Source: a virus
Lineage: Duplodnaviria; Heunggongvirae; Uroviricota; Caudoviricetes
Virus record (IMG/VR): IMGVR_UViG_3300021979_000001
Location: 194,948-258,947 of that record
DNA: 64,000 nt
Strand: one strand, 5' to 3'
Within the stretch, counting starts at the first letter, position 1; every line of letters starts with the position of its first letter. The notes below the pieces were generated by a model, which saw only the letters and a program-made list of their open reading frames with translations, was not told where the DNA came from and made no database searches. This document shows, in pieces, positions 29,616-40,254 of the stretch. The position numbers and the translations under genes were made by a program.

Positions 29616-30239
29616 TTATTTCAACTGTTCAATCCAAGACATCAATTCCTTTTGTAAAAAGGTTTGTGCCTTTGGATCGTGGGATACAGCATGCGCTAAA
29701 CTTTCAATTATCGCGCCGCGCTTACTGTCTCTTGATTCATAAACCGGTCGAGGATATGCCCCAGGCGCAGATGGCCGAGCCACGATGTCAACAGTCACAA
29801 TTTCAAAACCTGAAACTGATCCATCGTTGTCAACATCACCGCTACCACGTGACGATACCCCGAGTTTCACATCACATTCGATCAGTGTTTTGATGATGTT
29901 CCCAACTGGCGTGGGGAGAATTTCAAGTTTCCCCATGCCATTCGGGCCATCCATCCACATCTTAGAAATGCGATGTGAAACACGATCAAGATTGATGTTC
30001 AATTCTTCGGGGTGATCACATTCCCCAAGAACACTTTCGCCTTTAGTAATAATTCCGTTGATTGCATCAACAGCAGACGAAATTTCACGAACCGGATATA
30101 TACGTTGATTGTGATTTCGAACACCACCCTGAACAAAAATTCCAGTCATGTATAATTTTTTTGCATTGCCATTTTCACCAGCCGACGATTCAACAACCAT
30201 CCCTGCTTGATCAAATGTCATTCTTTCTTGCAAAATCAT
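29616..30239 (-). CDS. prohead protease (gp21-like)
   Basis: GIFVQ..VRN.N.R.YP, GECDHP, GVSSRGSG, D.V..PSAP.A. Confidence 0.95.
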   Translation of the reverse strand: MILQERMTFDQAGMVVESSAGENGNAKKLYMTGIFVQGGVRNHNQRIYPVREISSAVDAINGIITKGESVLGECDHPEELNINLDRVSHRISKMWMDGPNGMGKLEILPTPVGNIIKTLIECDVKLGVSSRGSGDVDNDGSVSGFEIVTVDIVARPSAPGAYPRPVYESRDSKRGAIIESLAHAVSHDPKAQTFLQKELMSWIEQLK

Positions 30240-30276
30240 TATGTGTCCCTTCTCAAATCGTATATGTTATTTATGA

Positions 30277-31224
30277 TTATTTCTTTTTTCCGAGTGGCGA
30301 AACATTATTGCCATCAGATTTTAATTTGTTAAGTTCAGCCGACTTATCGCCTTCTTTACTTACACGCTGTGTATTATCGGTCGAACGTTTGCGGGAATTT
30401 GCAAACTTTGCATTAGTGTCTTTGACATCTGGTGCAGTTTCACGGTCAAAACCTTTGTGGCCGTTGCTTTTAATTTCAACCGGCTTACCGCCTTTACCAC
30501 GTTCTGCCATTGGCTTCATTGGAATCGGGGTTGCCTTGTTCTGATCAAATGATTTTCCGGTGCCAACTTCTTTACCATCATCGTCAAGTGAAAGACTGAT
30601 TTTTTCCAAATCACTTGCAATGCTTTCCGTGATTGAATCAAAATCATCATCTTCATCTTCGTGATGAATATCAATTTCCAGATCACCTTCCTCTAATTCG
30701 TCTTCTTCTTCTGTATCCATTTCCAGATCATCCGCAGTATCTTCTAATTCTTCAACATCTGCATCTGCATCTGTTTCCAAATTATCTACATCATCGGCTT
30801 CGGTAGATACATCACCCATCAGTTCTTCGAACTGGGCGACAAGGGTATCTAACTGATCTTCAAAGTCTTCCAAGCGGTCTTCGATTTGTTCACCATCTTC
30901 TTCGGTTTCTTCGGTGTCCGCTTCAAGTTCGTCGCTGTCCATACCCATATCTGTTTCCAGATCGTCAGCAGCAGCTTCCACTTCTTCTTCGTCCGCATTG
31001 TCTTCTGCTGCATTTTCTGCATCAGCAAGATCATTAACGTCGTAATATTCTTCTGATGTAATCGAATCATCGAAGTCTTCTTTGAGGATTGATTCATCAC
31101 CCTGGCGCAATGATTCGTGAATTTTGCGTGAACGCTGAATCATGTAATTACGCATAAGTTCGGTGGCGCGATCTGTGTTATCATCCAGTAGTGCAGCGAT
31201 TGCACTTTCAAGAATTGATTTCAT
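30277..31224 (-). CDS. highly acidic prohead core/internal protein
   Basis: D/E-rich middle, basic C-terminus, located between portal and protease; TAAATA at 31279. Confidence 0.7.
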   Translation of the reverse strand: MKSILESAIAALLDDNTDRATELMRNYMIQRSRKIHESLRQGDESILKEDFDDSITSEEYYDVNDLADAENAAEDNADEEEVEAAADDLETDMGMDSDELEADTEETEEDGEQIEDRLEDFEDQLDTLVAQFEELMGDVSTEADDVDNLETDADADVEELEDTADDLEMDTEEEDELEEGDLEIDIHHEDEDDDFDSITESIASDLEKISLSLDDDGKEVGTGKSFDQNKATPIPMKPMAERGKGGKPVEIKSNGHKGFDRETAPDVKDTNAKFANSRKRSTDNTQRVSKEGDKSAELNKLKSDGNNVSPLGKKK

Positions 31225-31386
31225 TTTAATAACTCCCTAAAATTATTTGTTGCTCAATGTTAATTAACATTCTATTTTTATTTAGTAACTTGACCAAAAA
31301 AAGTGGATTTAAGTGCAAAAAAGTGCAAAAAACGATATTTTTAATAAAAAATTCAAAAAAATATCATCAATTGCTAGCTATGGAAA

Positions 31387-31626
31387 TTAGAAGTTCATCC
31401 CCATGCCACCCGTTTCTTCTTGTTGACCATACATGATTCCAAGTAAATCTTGGTTCTGTAACTGTTCTAATTTTTTCATCGCTCTTAATTTCTTAAGACG
31501 ATTTAAGTGTCGTAGAGTCAATACTGGCTTTCGTGTGTCATTTCGTCTACGTCGTGTTAGTTTGTCTTCCGCTGGGTCATATAACGCGGTTGATAATTCA
31601 TCCTTCGAAACTTCAAAGATGTTCAT
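31387..31626 (-). CDS. small head-module protein
   Basis: DTRKP.LTL..LN.LKK.R...MYG, directly downstream of the portal gene. Confidence 0.7.
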   Translation of the reverse strand: MNIFEVSKDELSTALYDPAEDKLTRRRRNDTRKPVLTLRHLNRLKKLRAMKKLEQLQNQDLLGIMYGQQEETGGMGMNF

Positions 31627-31646
31627 GATTTGTTCCTTTATACTTA

Positions 31647-33440
31647 TTATGCATTATTATCTGTAGTTGGTTCTGGGGCGGGTGCTGGCTCATTGTTCGA
31701 ACCACCCGCATCATCCAAATCACCCATATCACCAGTATCGTCCAAATCGCCCAAATCAGCATCGTTATCGTCGAAATTAAAATCAGCACCGAACCCACCA
31801 CCGGATGGTCTGATACCAACCGAACTTAAATCACTATTTGGATCAGTATCAGCCGGTGTTGCACCTGTGGTTTTTTTAAGTTTATTTGCATTTTCTTCTT
31901 TCCACATGGCTTGGTTCATTATGATTTCTTCACTCGTTAGACCTAGGAACCGTTCCATTTTAAACCGTTCTGATAATTTTTTATTTCCTTCAAGTTGCTG
32001 ATAAACAGACACTTGTTGTGCATCAAGTTCGATTTGTCGATATTTAGTGAAATTCTGTGGTGGATTAAATTCTAAGTCAAATAGGCTATTATCGATTTCG
32101 ATACCATTTTGATGCAAAAAATATTTGAACTCATAATCAAATACTGGGGCCATGATCGATTGAATACGCATACACATTTTGTTGAAACGATATTCTTGAA
32201 TCATTGCTGCGCCAAGACGACCATCATTATATGATGCGGTTGCATCATCATCTCCCATTGGCAAATAACTTGATGGGATGCGAAGACCGCGTGCTAACTT
32301 TTTGGTAAAAAATGACAAATCGCCAATTTCTCCCAAATTATCCCCACCTGGCATAGTGTCAATACGGGAACCACGACCATCCGAAGTTGTTGCTAGAAAA
32401 TAATCATCAAGCATTGAAAGAGGATTGTAGCTTGCATCCAGCATCGAAGAACCACCACCAGTGCGATTTGGTATACGCCGTTGATGAATTTCATTTTTAA
32501 TCGCCTCGATATGTGCTTTTGCTCGAACCGGTGGCATATCGCCAACATCAATATAAAAGATACGACGTTCTGGTGCGCGTTGAACACGATAAATGATGAC
32601 AGAATCTTCAAGTAATTGTTTTTGTTTGTAAGTCTTAAAAACAGACTGTAAAATAGATGTTCCAAACGGCCAGTTGGCATCCATACCAACAGATAATGAT
32701 AAATGAATGACATGTTTTGCATCAACTACGTGCAATTTATTTTCCAATTCTATATCACTCATATTTGGCGCGCCGGTGCCCGATAGCTGGAATTGACTTG
32801 ATACATTCGCTGCCATATTGGGTGATGGTTGGGAACCATACGCATTTGATGTGCCCATTGGAGTTTTGTATTTGTTCGGATCAACTATTGATGTTGCAAA
32901 ATTTTTCTGCTTGTTAAGGCTTAAACCACGAATAATATATTCTTCGGGTTCGTCGCCATTTTCATCATCAACTTTGACCATTTCAACTCGGTAATGGTCA
33001 ATCCATAACCACCGATTGGTTTCAGGATCGCGCAAATAAAATTGATCACCATTTTTGATAGTTTCTCGGATGATTTCCCAAAGAGTTGATTTGAAATCAT
33101 TCATACGAACCCATTTAGTCAAATAATTTTTGATTAATTTGACTTCGGTTTCGGTCACATCGCTTGTATAATTTATCAGGAACGGATTTTCGTTTTGTTC
33201 TTCGGATTGGGTGCAAAAATCAGCAATCGTATCTAATGCCGCACCAATATCGGAATCGTCCGCCATTTCATCATATTGATAATATCGCTGAATACGACTT
33301 GGATGACCCGCATAAATTTCGGGAAGAATGCTACTAAATTTTGAACTTGATCCAGATGCACCATATGAATTTTTGGATTTTCCAGTGTTGTTTTGATTTA
33401 GGCCAGGCTTAACAACACGAAAATGTTTTTTCCACGACAT
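31647..33440 (-). CDS. portal protein (gp20-like)
   Basis: LEDSVIIYRVQRAPERRIFYIDVG, DDYF, GRGS.I.TMPGG.NLGEI.D. Confidence 0.97.
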   Translation of the reverse strand: MSWKKHFRVVKPGLNQNNTGKSKNSYGASGSSSKFSSILPEIYAGHPSRIQRYYQYDEMADDSDIGAALDTIADFCTQSEEQNENPFLINYTSDVTETEVKLIKNYLTKWVRMNDFKSTLWEIIRETIKNGDQFYLRDPETNRWLWIDHYRVEMVKVDDENGDEPEEYIIRGLSLNKQKNFATSIVDPNKYKTPMGTSNAYGSQPSPNMAANVSSQFQLSGTGAPNMSDIELENKLHVVDAKHVIHLSLSVGMDANWPFGTSILQSVFKTYKQKQLLEDSVIIYRVQRAPERRIFYIDVGDMPPVRAKAHIEAIKNEIHQRRIPNRTGGGSSMLDASYNPLSMLDDYFLATTSDGRGSRIDTMPGGDNLGEIGDLSFFTKKLARGLRIPSSYLPMGDDDATASYNDGRLGAAMIQEYRFNKMCMRIQSIMAPVFDYEFKYFLHQNGIEIDNSLFDLEFNPPQNFTKYRQIELDAQQVSVYQQLEGNKKLSERFKMERFLGLTSEEIIMNQAMWKEENANKLKKTTGATPADTDPNSDLSSVGIRPSGGGFGADFNFDDNDADLGDLDDTGDMGDLDDAGGSNNEPAPAPEPTTDNNA

Positions 33441-33527
33441 AAAAAATCGGCTCCGATAAATAAACTCTAGTGTTATTTATCAAAGCCGATAGCTAAATTC
33501 CCATTTTGCTCATTTTTTAGAATAAAC

Positions 33528-36152
33528 TCAATTTAGTCCATTCATAGCATATGATCCATTACGAATGCCCTGTTTAATAAGTTTTTGGTGTTCTTTGTTT
33601 TGGGCAATCATGATTGCGGTTTGTTCGTTAACAGCATTGGTTAAATTGGTAAATTGATCAGTCATGGTGTTGGTTGTTGCAGTTTGGTTTCGTTCTTTAG
33701 CAATATCAGTTTCAATATCCCTTACATTCGCACCAATTGTTTTATTTGTTGGTGTTGCGGCATTATCAGACAGCATTTTTTCATAAATCATGTTCCCAAT
33801 GTATTCGCCGAAATCACTGCCATAACTCATACCAATACCACCTATTGCGGCACCACCAATAAACCCTGCCGCACCACCAATAGCGGTTCCCGCACCAGGT
33901 ATAATTGATCCAACCGCGCCCCCGGCAAGGGCACCAGCTTGTCCCAATGCAATCGCACCACCAGCCCCACCTACGAATGAGCCAACAATTTGACTAACGC
34001 TCTGTTTAAATTGTTCTTCACTTATTTCGCCATTTGCTCGCTGTTGATATAATTCGGTCAGTTTTTCACCAGTCTCCCCTACCATTAATACGGCGGCAAC
34101 AGGACCAAGAAGTTTTTTCATGGCACCAGATGCTAGTGATTTTGAGAAACCTAACGCACGTTTTCCAAAAGACGCAGTTGATTTAAGACCATTACTGACT
34201 ACACCAGATAGTGATGACATTAATTCATTATTGGCGAGCATCGAACCGAGGCTTTTAATTTTGGAAAATGCACTACCGCCGCCCATGCTATTAAAGATGC
34301 TGGCGGAACCACCCATAATTCTGCTTATGCCACTACGCCCACGACCAAGCATGCGGCGAAGAAAACCACCCCGACCACCGCGACCACGAGACCGACGACG
34401 ACGACGATTTCGGTCCCGATCAGAACCATCGCCATCGCCACCAAAATCAAAATTATCCTGTCCCCCGTCGTTGACATAATTACCCCGGACATTAACTGTT
34501 GCTGCGGTAATATCGACTTTCTTTGTTAAACGATCCCAGAACCGCTTTATGCCTGCTTTGCCACCCATGAACAGCAATGCAGTGGTAGCCGCAGTCAGTG
34601 CCCCGGCAAAGCCGTTTATAGTCGTTTCATTATCAGAAAATACTCCCATGATGGATTTGTAAATGCTATTAATGCCACCGACAACGGATGCAACAATTTC
34701 CCCAAGTTTGAACAACCAACTACCAAGTGTAGAAATGGTATTGTATACTGTATCAATATTTTCTTTGTTCAATGCAACTTCAAGAAAATGACCAAATGAT
34801 TTACCAGCATTTTCCACATTTTTAATTAAACCATCAAGTCCGGGGCCATCAGCAAATGCACTTAATTTATCAGTTAATCGTTCCAACGAACCAAGCATAC
34901 CTAACTTGAATACACCAACTAATCGGTTAAAAATGTTGTTGATGTTATTCATAAACTGGGTCAAACCTTCTTGCGCTCGCGCCGCTTCCTGTTTTTCCCG
35001 AAATTCCTTTTCAGTAATATCACGCATTTGGGTGATAATTTGCAAAACCTTCTTTGCATCTTCATTCCCGGATAGGGCCTGCAAACGTAAACTTTCTGCC
35101 GCCGCTTCACCCTGCTCTTTAAATTCGTGGAAAAAATTAAGGGCATCTGTATCGGTAAATGTTCCTTTTTCAATTTTTTCGCGTATCGTATCAAACATCC
35201 CTACCGCTTGACCAAACCCGGCATTAATAAATGTTTTTGCTTCATCAGCAAAAAGAGCCGTTCCTGCACCAAATGATTGTGATACCATTTTCGAGAAAAC
35301 ATCACCTGCTATACCTGGTTGTGCCGCCATAAATGCCGTTGCTTTACCAATGGCAAGTGCATAATCCTGCTGTGCCTCTCCTGATGTTTGTAGTAATCGG
35401 GTTGCAACAAGAGTATCACTAAGAGCATCCGTGACCGCTTTCATAATTTCACGTCGAGATGTCCCGAATGCACCAGATAACGCGGTTGTGGTTTCAGTCA
35501 GTTGAATGAAATTATCAACAGTTCTGCGATTATTATGTGCTTCGATATTTCCATATAGACGCATGCTTTCCATGTAATCGCCAAGATTTTCATTGATCTG
35601 ATCCGTGGTCATACCAAACATACCAAATCGCTCACTTGTCTTACGCACGTCATATGCCAGTTTGAAAAATGACTTTTGACTATCTAGTGCGGCGATCACC
35701 TTGCTATTTCGTTGAACTTCTTTAGCAAAATCATCAAGTGGCATCCCCGCTTCGGCAGCAGCAATACCCATTTTCAACATACTGCCCTGGAAATTTTGTC
35801 CAACATCAGTAAGCTGTTTATAGGTCTCGGTATATTCTTTGGCCGAGTGGATCAATAGACCGATAACCGCCCCACCAATAAACTTTTTGGCAACATCGGA
35901 GACAAGTCTGATCGCACTATCGGTCGATGTCGTAAACTCGAAAAGCTGGGTTGATGCCATACCCAAAGCATCATTCATCTTTTTTGTGCGACGAAAACGT
36001 TCTTTTTCTTGCATATCATTGGATAATCTTGATCTGGCCCGCGCCCGCCCTGATGAACCAGATTGATTATCCGCAATCCGCCCCAGTGTTCCTGCCGTCG
36101 TTTTAAGAGACGCAATCAATTCATTGAATTGTTGTTCGTTAATGTCACTCAT
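33528..36152 (-). CDS. tape-measure-like protein (start probably 36152)
   Basis: ~875 aa, helical, Ala/Gly-rich, C-terminal glycine-zipper segments; ATAAATA at 36180. Confidence 0.7.
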   Translation of the reverse strand: MSDINEQQFNELIASLKTTAGTLGRIADNQSGSSGRARARSRLSNDMQEKERFRRTKKMNDALGMASTQLFEFTTSTDSAIRLVSDVAKKFIGGAVIGLLIHSAKEYTETYKQLTDVGQNFQGSMLKMGIAAAEAGMPLDDFAKEVQRNSKVIAALDSQKSFFKLAYDVRKTSERFGMFGMTTDQINENLGDYMESMRLYGNIEAHNNRRTVDNFIQLTETTTALSGAFGTSRREIMKAVTDALSDTLVATRLLQTSGEAQQDYALAIGKATAFMAAQPGIAGDVFSKMVSQSFGAGTALFADEAKTFINAGFGQAVGMFDTIREKIEKGTFTDTDALNFFHEFKEQGEAAAESLRLQALSGNEDAKKVLQIITQMRDITEKEFREKQEAARAQEGLTQFMNNINNIFNRLVGVFKLGMLGSLERLTDKLSAFADGPGLDGLIKNVENAGKSFGHFLEVALNKENIDTVYNTISTLGSWLFKLGEIVASVVGGINSIYKSIMGVFSDNETTINGFAGALTAATTALLFMGGKAGIKRFWDRLTKKVDITAATVNVRGNYVNDGGQDNFDFGGDGDGSDRDRNRRRRRSRGRGGRGGFLRRMLGRGRSGISRIMGGSASIFNSMGGGSAFSKIKSLGSMLANNELMSSLSGVVSNGLKSTASFGKRALGFSKSLASGAMKKLLGPVAAVLMVGETGEKLTELYQQRANGEISEEQFKQSVSQIVGSFVGGAGGAIALGQAGALAGGAVGSIIPGAGTAIGGAAGFIGGAAIGGIGMSYGSDFGEYIGNMIYEKMLSDNAATPTNKTIGANVRDIETDIAKERNQTATTNTMTDQFTNLTNAVNEQTAIMIAQNKEHQKLIKQGIRNGSYAMNGLN

Positions 36153-36256
36153 TTTGCACCAAATCAAATATGTTATAACTATTTATTTTTGAAATTAACT
36201 TTGGTGTTTATACACAGATAAATACTACTATAACTTAACATTCGTTTGGTGCATAA

Positions 36257-37345
36257 ATGACAGATAATAAATTCCCGGTTGATGACTTTGATGAAAACGA
36301 ATTATTTAACCAAGCAACATCCACTCCATCTAATCCATCACAAGCGCAACCCCGAAATAATTATGCGGGGCCAGTGCCAAATATGCAAAACCATGAACAT
36401 ACCGAGGTGCAAGGACAACGTTTTGCTCGCCCAATGCAGCAAGAAATGATTGAGGATAACGAAGCACAAAGCCTTGGTGCGCGTGGTCCAGGTATGAATG
36501 AACCAGTTGGGTCGATTTTATCGAAATATTACCGTGAGCCAGGTATTCATATTCCGTTGCCAACTGGCGGTGCATTTATGCCAAAGGGATCGTATCAAGA
36601 AACATTGAGTGGTGACATCCCGGTGTATCCGATGCGGGCAGCAGACGAAATGATGCTGAAAACCCCAGACGCATTGATGAATGGGTATGCGATTGAACAA
36701 ATGATTCGTAGTTGTTGCCCGTCTATTGTCAGCGATTATGATCAAATTCCAACACCGGATTTGGAAGTGTTGATGCTGGCTATTCGAGCGGCAACATTCG
36801 GTGAAATCATGGAAATGGAAGTTGAATGCCCTAATTGTGGGGAACATCACGAATTTAATCTTGATCTTCCCGCATTGCTATCAACTATGAAACTTATTCC
36901 CGCCGAAAATACCGTTCGGTTAAATGATCAATTGGTAGTCTATTTGCGCCCATATACGATCAAAAATGGAACAAAAATTTCATTAGCTGCATTCAATGAA
37001 ACCAGAAAGTTACAAGCAGCAACCTTACAGAAAATACCAGATGAAGAACGTAACAAGATTATTAATGATGGTATTGCAAGATTGACATCTTTGAACTTGG
37101 AAATGATGTCCGACTGTGTTTTGAAAATTGTAACTCCGAATGGCACCGAGACAGATAAAAAAGAAATATTTGCATTTATTACAAATTCCAATGCGAACTG
37201 GACTAAAATGATTGATACTAAATTACAAGAATTGAATAATCTTGGTATTGATAAAAGACAAAGTGTCACATGTTCTGCATGTAATCATACGTGGGATACG
37301 GAGGTTGAATTTAATCCCGCAAATTTTTTCGAAACAGACTCTTAA
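36257..37345 (+). CDS. baseplate hub / tail assembly protein (gp26-like)
   Basis: LPTGG, P.YPM.A.DE...KTPDALMNG, AIR.AT.G, two CxxC pairs, ends NFF. Confidence 0.85.
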   Translation: MTDNKFPVDDFDENELFNQATSTPSNPSQAQPRNNYAGPVPNMQNHEHTEVQGQRFARPMQQEMIEDNEAQSLGARGPGMNEPVGSILSKYYREPGIHIPLPTGGAFMPKGSYQETLSGDIPVYPMRAADEMMLKTPDALMNGYAIEQMIRSCCPSIVSDYDQIPTPDLEVLMLAIRAATFGEIMEMEVECPNCGEHHEFNLDLPALLSTMKLIPAENTVRLNDQLVVYLRPYTIKNGTKISLAAFNETRKLQAATLQKIPDEERNKIINDGIARLTSLNLEMMSDCVLKIVTPNGTETDKKEIFAFITNSNANWTKMIDTKLQELNNLGIDKRQSVTCSACNHTWDTEVEFNPANFFETDS

Positions 37346-37563
37346 GATTAACGGATCGAGAGTCGTTGCAAAAATTCATAGCATCATACGATAATGATAA
37401 AGCACAATTACGGGCATCAATTCATCAAATAATGTGGTATATGCGCGGATCGATTAGTCGAAACGACGCATGGTCATTATCGCATCTAGAACGAAAAGAC
37501 ATTTTTTCATTGGTTGAAGAACGAATGAAAATAGTCAAAGAAACTAAGATGCCAATGATATGA
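37330..37563 (+). CDS. gp51-like ORF in the -1 frame; probably reached by frameshift
   Basis: WYMRG.IS...A..LS..ER motif; no ATG or RBS at its 5' end; frame opens at 37315, just before a slippery heptamer. Confidence 0.7.
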   Translation, partial: RNRLLRLTDRESLQKFIASYDNDKAQLRASIHQIMWYMRGSISRNDAWSLSHLERKDIFSLVEERMKIVKETKMPMI

Positions 37564-37886
37564 CAAAAATGGGGTGGATTTTAGAATTAGAACACTTGAT
37601 AGGGTATTCAATTCATGAAATTCACCCCTATAATGTCGCGATCTGTATGATAGCACCAATGAACCCTGAATGGATGCATAATCGCCCTGGCCTTTACGAT
37701 CTTCCACGGGTTGATACAGGAAAACTGGACATTTTTGTTGCAGAACGATTTGATAGTGAGGGCGCAATCGCGGAACGAATACGCTGGATCGTAGAAAATC
37801 TATGCGGGCCTTGGCATTATACACATTGTGGTTTTTATTTTGGTAAGGATATAGATGCTACAATGTATTTGCTGCGATGGAAATAA
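37560..37886 (+). CDS. hypothetical protein (C-terminal motif family)
   Basis: WI..N..GPW...FYFGKDIDATMYLLRWK. Confidence 0.7.
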   Translation: MTKMGWILELEHLIGYSIHEIHPYNVAICMIAPMNPEWMHNRPGLYDLPRVDTGKLDIFVAERFDSEGAIAERIRWIVENLCGPWHYTHCGFYFGKDIDATMYLLRWK

Positions 37887-37887
37887 T

Positions 37888-37915
37888 AAAGCCGGGATTA
37901 TTTTTCCCGGCTTTA
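37888..37915. terminator. bidirectional terminator
   Basis: AAAGCCGGGA...TCCCGGCTTT between convergent genes. Confidence 0.7.
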
Positions 37916-37917
37916 TG

Positions 37918-38292
37918 TTATTTGTTCAATGTTTCAATCAGCATGCCTGCCGGATTTTCATCACGTAATACATGTTCTAATGTTATCGTGTCGAAATAGG
38001 TAGCCAATCGATCATATTCATCAAGGTATTTTTTTAATTTGGTATCTTTGCACTTCCATTCGTGCTTGGCCTGATTAATTATTAGCTTGGAGTCTCCACG
38101 AATAGTAACATCTTTGGCATTTAACGAAATCGCATGATCAACCGTTAATAGAAGCGCAATCCATTCCGCTTCGTTATTCGTCCCCATGCCAATTTTTTCA
38201 TATAGATATTTGTTTGAACCCGTAACCGTAACCGCAACTTCCATCTTCCCCGGATTCGGTTTACATCCCCCATCAAAATATAATTCTAACAC
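37918..38292 (-). CDS. ribonuclease HI
   Basis: YFDGGCKPNPG, TNNEAEW.A, GDSKL, HV.R..N. Confidence 0.9.
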   Translation of the reverse strand: MLELYFDGGCKPNPGKMEVAVTVTGSNKYLYEKIGMGTNNEAEWIALLLTVDHAISLNAKDVTIRGDSKLIINQAKHEWKCKDTKLKKYLDEYDRLATYFDTITLEHVLRDENPAGMLIETLNK

Positions 38293-38603
38293 TATGAACT
38301 TTCCTTTCGGAAACGACTATTGCTATTAATTAATTGTTTTCGGGTTTTTTTGCTTTTGGGTTTGGCCGGGGTTTTCATTTCTTCATATGGTGTTTTTTTG
38401 TGCGGCTTCATTGATCGTTCAATTCTTTTGGCAACAAGTTCATCGCATTCTTGTTTTCCAATACCAGGATAGTCTTTCAGCACATTTTGTTTGGTAATCT
38501 TTTGTAACCAATAATGTTTGATATTGGCGTTGATGTTTCGTTTTTCTTTTTCGTGATGATGCTCAATATTGCGAAGTGTTGTTTTATAACTTTGATAATT
38601 CAT
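38292..38603 (-). CDS. basic hypothetical protein
   Basis: 103-aa Lys-rich ORF. Confidence 0.55.
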   Translation of the reverse strand: MNYQSYKTTLRNIEHHHEKEKRNINANIKHYWLQKITKQNVLKDYPGIGKQECDELVAKRIERSMKPHKKTPYEEMKTPAKPKSKKTRKQLINSNSRFRKESS

Positions 38604-38813
38604 ATAGATATATGCCTTATTTGTGATGACGACAAAGTGGAAATATAACTGAACACATACCCGTCCAGATGATAAAAACGATGATCAACCAAACCAGATT
38701 ATATTCTAATAACAGGAATAATAATAAATCCCCCGGTATCAACCTGTTAACTGCAATAATTCACCAAGGGACTATTGAAACAACGGTATCATAACTGTTT
38801 CGTAATACACGTA

Positions 38814-39080
38814 TTATTTGGATTTTCCGTAGTAGCAACGATGCACCAGCAATGCGTGGATTGCCAAACACATAAGGGCACAAATTAACCCTGAAATGAA
38901 ATGCCATGATCCGTCCATATACACACAGTAGCTTAAAATCACTACCATGATTATGTCGAAAATGACCCAAAAGTTCAAAAACGGGTTCGATCTGGTATTA
39001 TTCGGGTCACCAAAGAAAAAGGTTTTAATCATGTTTGGTTGATCCAATGCATGTATTTTATGTGGTTGATTGCCAAACAT
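38814..39080 (-). CDS. hypothetical membrane protein
   Basis: two hydrophobic segments. Confidence 0.5.
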   Translation of the reverse strand: MFGNQPHKIHALDQPNMIKTFFFGDPNNTRSNPFLNFWVIFDIIMVVILSYCVYMDGSWHFISGLICALMCLAIHALLVHRCYYGKSK

Positions 39081-39170
39081 TAATTGAACTCGCTGTGGTA
39101 TGTCAATAATTATCCGTTACCAAAATTTTGCAGGATAAATAAGATACATGCCACAATTGGAGCATTTTAC

Positions 39171-39689
39171 ATGGCAAGTGGAAGCAAAAGCAAGGATAAG
39201 GGTAGTCAAGGAGAACGCGAACTCTGTAAAATTCTTGGCGAAATTTTTGAAGGTAGCTTTATCAGGTCTGCCGGGTCCGGGGCATTTATCGGCGGAAAAA
39301 ACTCATTTCGTAAACAAAGCATGTCCGAAGGTCAAGTTCGCAATACCAAAGCAGATATAATACCACCCGATTTTTTGCCGCGTTTGGTTGTTGAAGCAAA
39401 ATGGTATAAAGACTTTCGATTTCATCAACTTATCCAACCTGGACCCAATCCACAATTGGATACCTGGATTGAACAAACCATTGAATGTATCGATGATGGT
39501 GACGTGTGGATGGTCTGTTTTAAAATTAACCTTCGTGGATGGTATGTTGCTGTTCCCGATGGACTAAGTGATGATTTTTCATACAATAACTATTGCGTCT
39601 ATACCGGTAAACATGGCAAATTTAAAGTGACCGACATGAAAGAGTTTATGACAAATAATGCCCATATCATAAAACAGTTGGCAGCATAA
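39171..39689 (+). CDS. Holliday junction resolvase, PD-(D/E)xK (start probably 39171)
   Basis: K.KG..GERE...L, SGAFIGG.N, ADII...VEAK.Y; GGAG RBS; ATAAATA at 39135. Confidence 0.8.
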   Translation: MASGSKSKDKGSQGERELCKILGEIFEGSFIRSAGSGAFIGGKNSFRKQSMSEGQVRNTKADIIPPDFLPRLVVEAKWYKDFRFHQLIQPGPNPQLDTWIEQTIECIDDGDVWMVCFKINLRGWYVAVPDGLSDDFSYNNYCVYTGKHGKFKVTDMKEFMTNNAHIIKQLAA

Positions 39690-39814
39690 TCAATTGATTA
39701 AGGTTCGCAATTATGGTCATTACCGCAAAGTTCAATTATTAGTCGAAAGGATTGATGCTGTAATTATGGTCAAAATGTTGTTTGATTATCCGGTTGATCC
39801 AACAATATTGATGT

Positions 39815-40183
39815 ATGGTGTTCCGAATGATTAAAGCATATCATGTTTCATCAGCAAATAACATAGCGTCTATTTTGACCTATGGTCTTATTCCAAGTGT
39901 TGGTGCCAGAAGTGTGGCGATGGGTGAAGAAAGCCCCGCAATATTTCTGTTTCCATCATTAGACGATTTGGAAAATGCGTTGGATAATTGGCTTGGGTCG
40001 GAAATTGATGACGAAATTTTTGCGCTGTTTGAAGTCATTATTCCTCCACACATCGAAAGTGAAGTGACAACAGGATACGAAATTTCAGTTTATACCACAA
40101 TACCGGCTGAATACATCACTTTGCTGTCCGATGATGTTATGTCGTTAGCATCTATGAATGAATTTAAATACACCAACGCATAA
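39815..40183 (+). CDS. Tpt1/KptA-like ADP-ribosyltransferase-fold protein
   Basis: YHVS...I.SIL..GL.P...IFL...IP.EYI. Confidence 0.55.
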   Translation: MVFRMIKAYHVSSANNIASILTYGLIPSVGARSVAMGEESPAIFLFPSLDDLENALDNWLGSEIDDEIFALFEVIIPPHIESEVTTGYEISVYTTIPAEYITLLSDDVMSLASMNEFKYTNA

Positions 40184-40254
40184 TTAATCTGTTGACGAAT
40201 ATATTTAATCTGTGTATATTGTGCCCATAAACACGTTACAGGGGTGATACTGAT

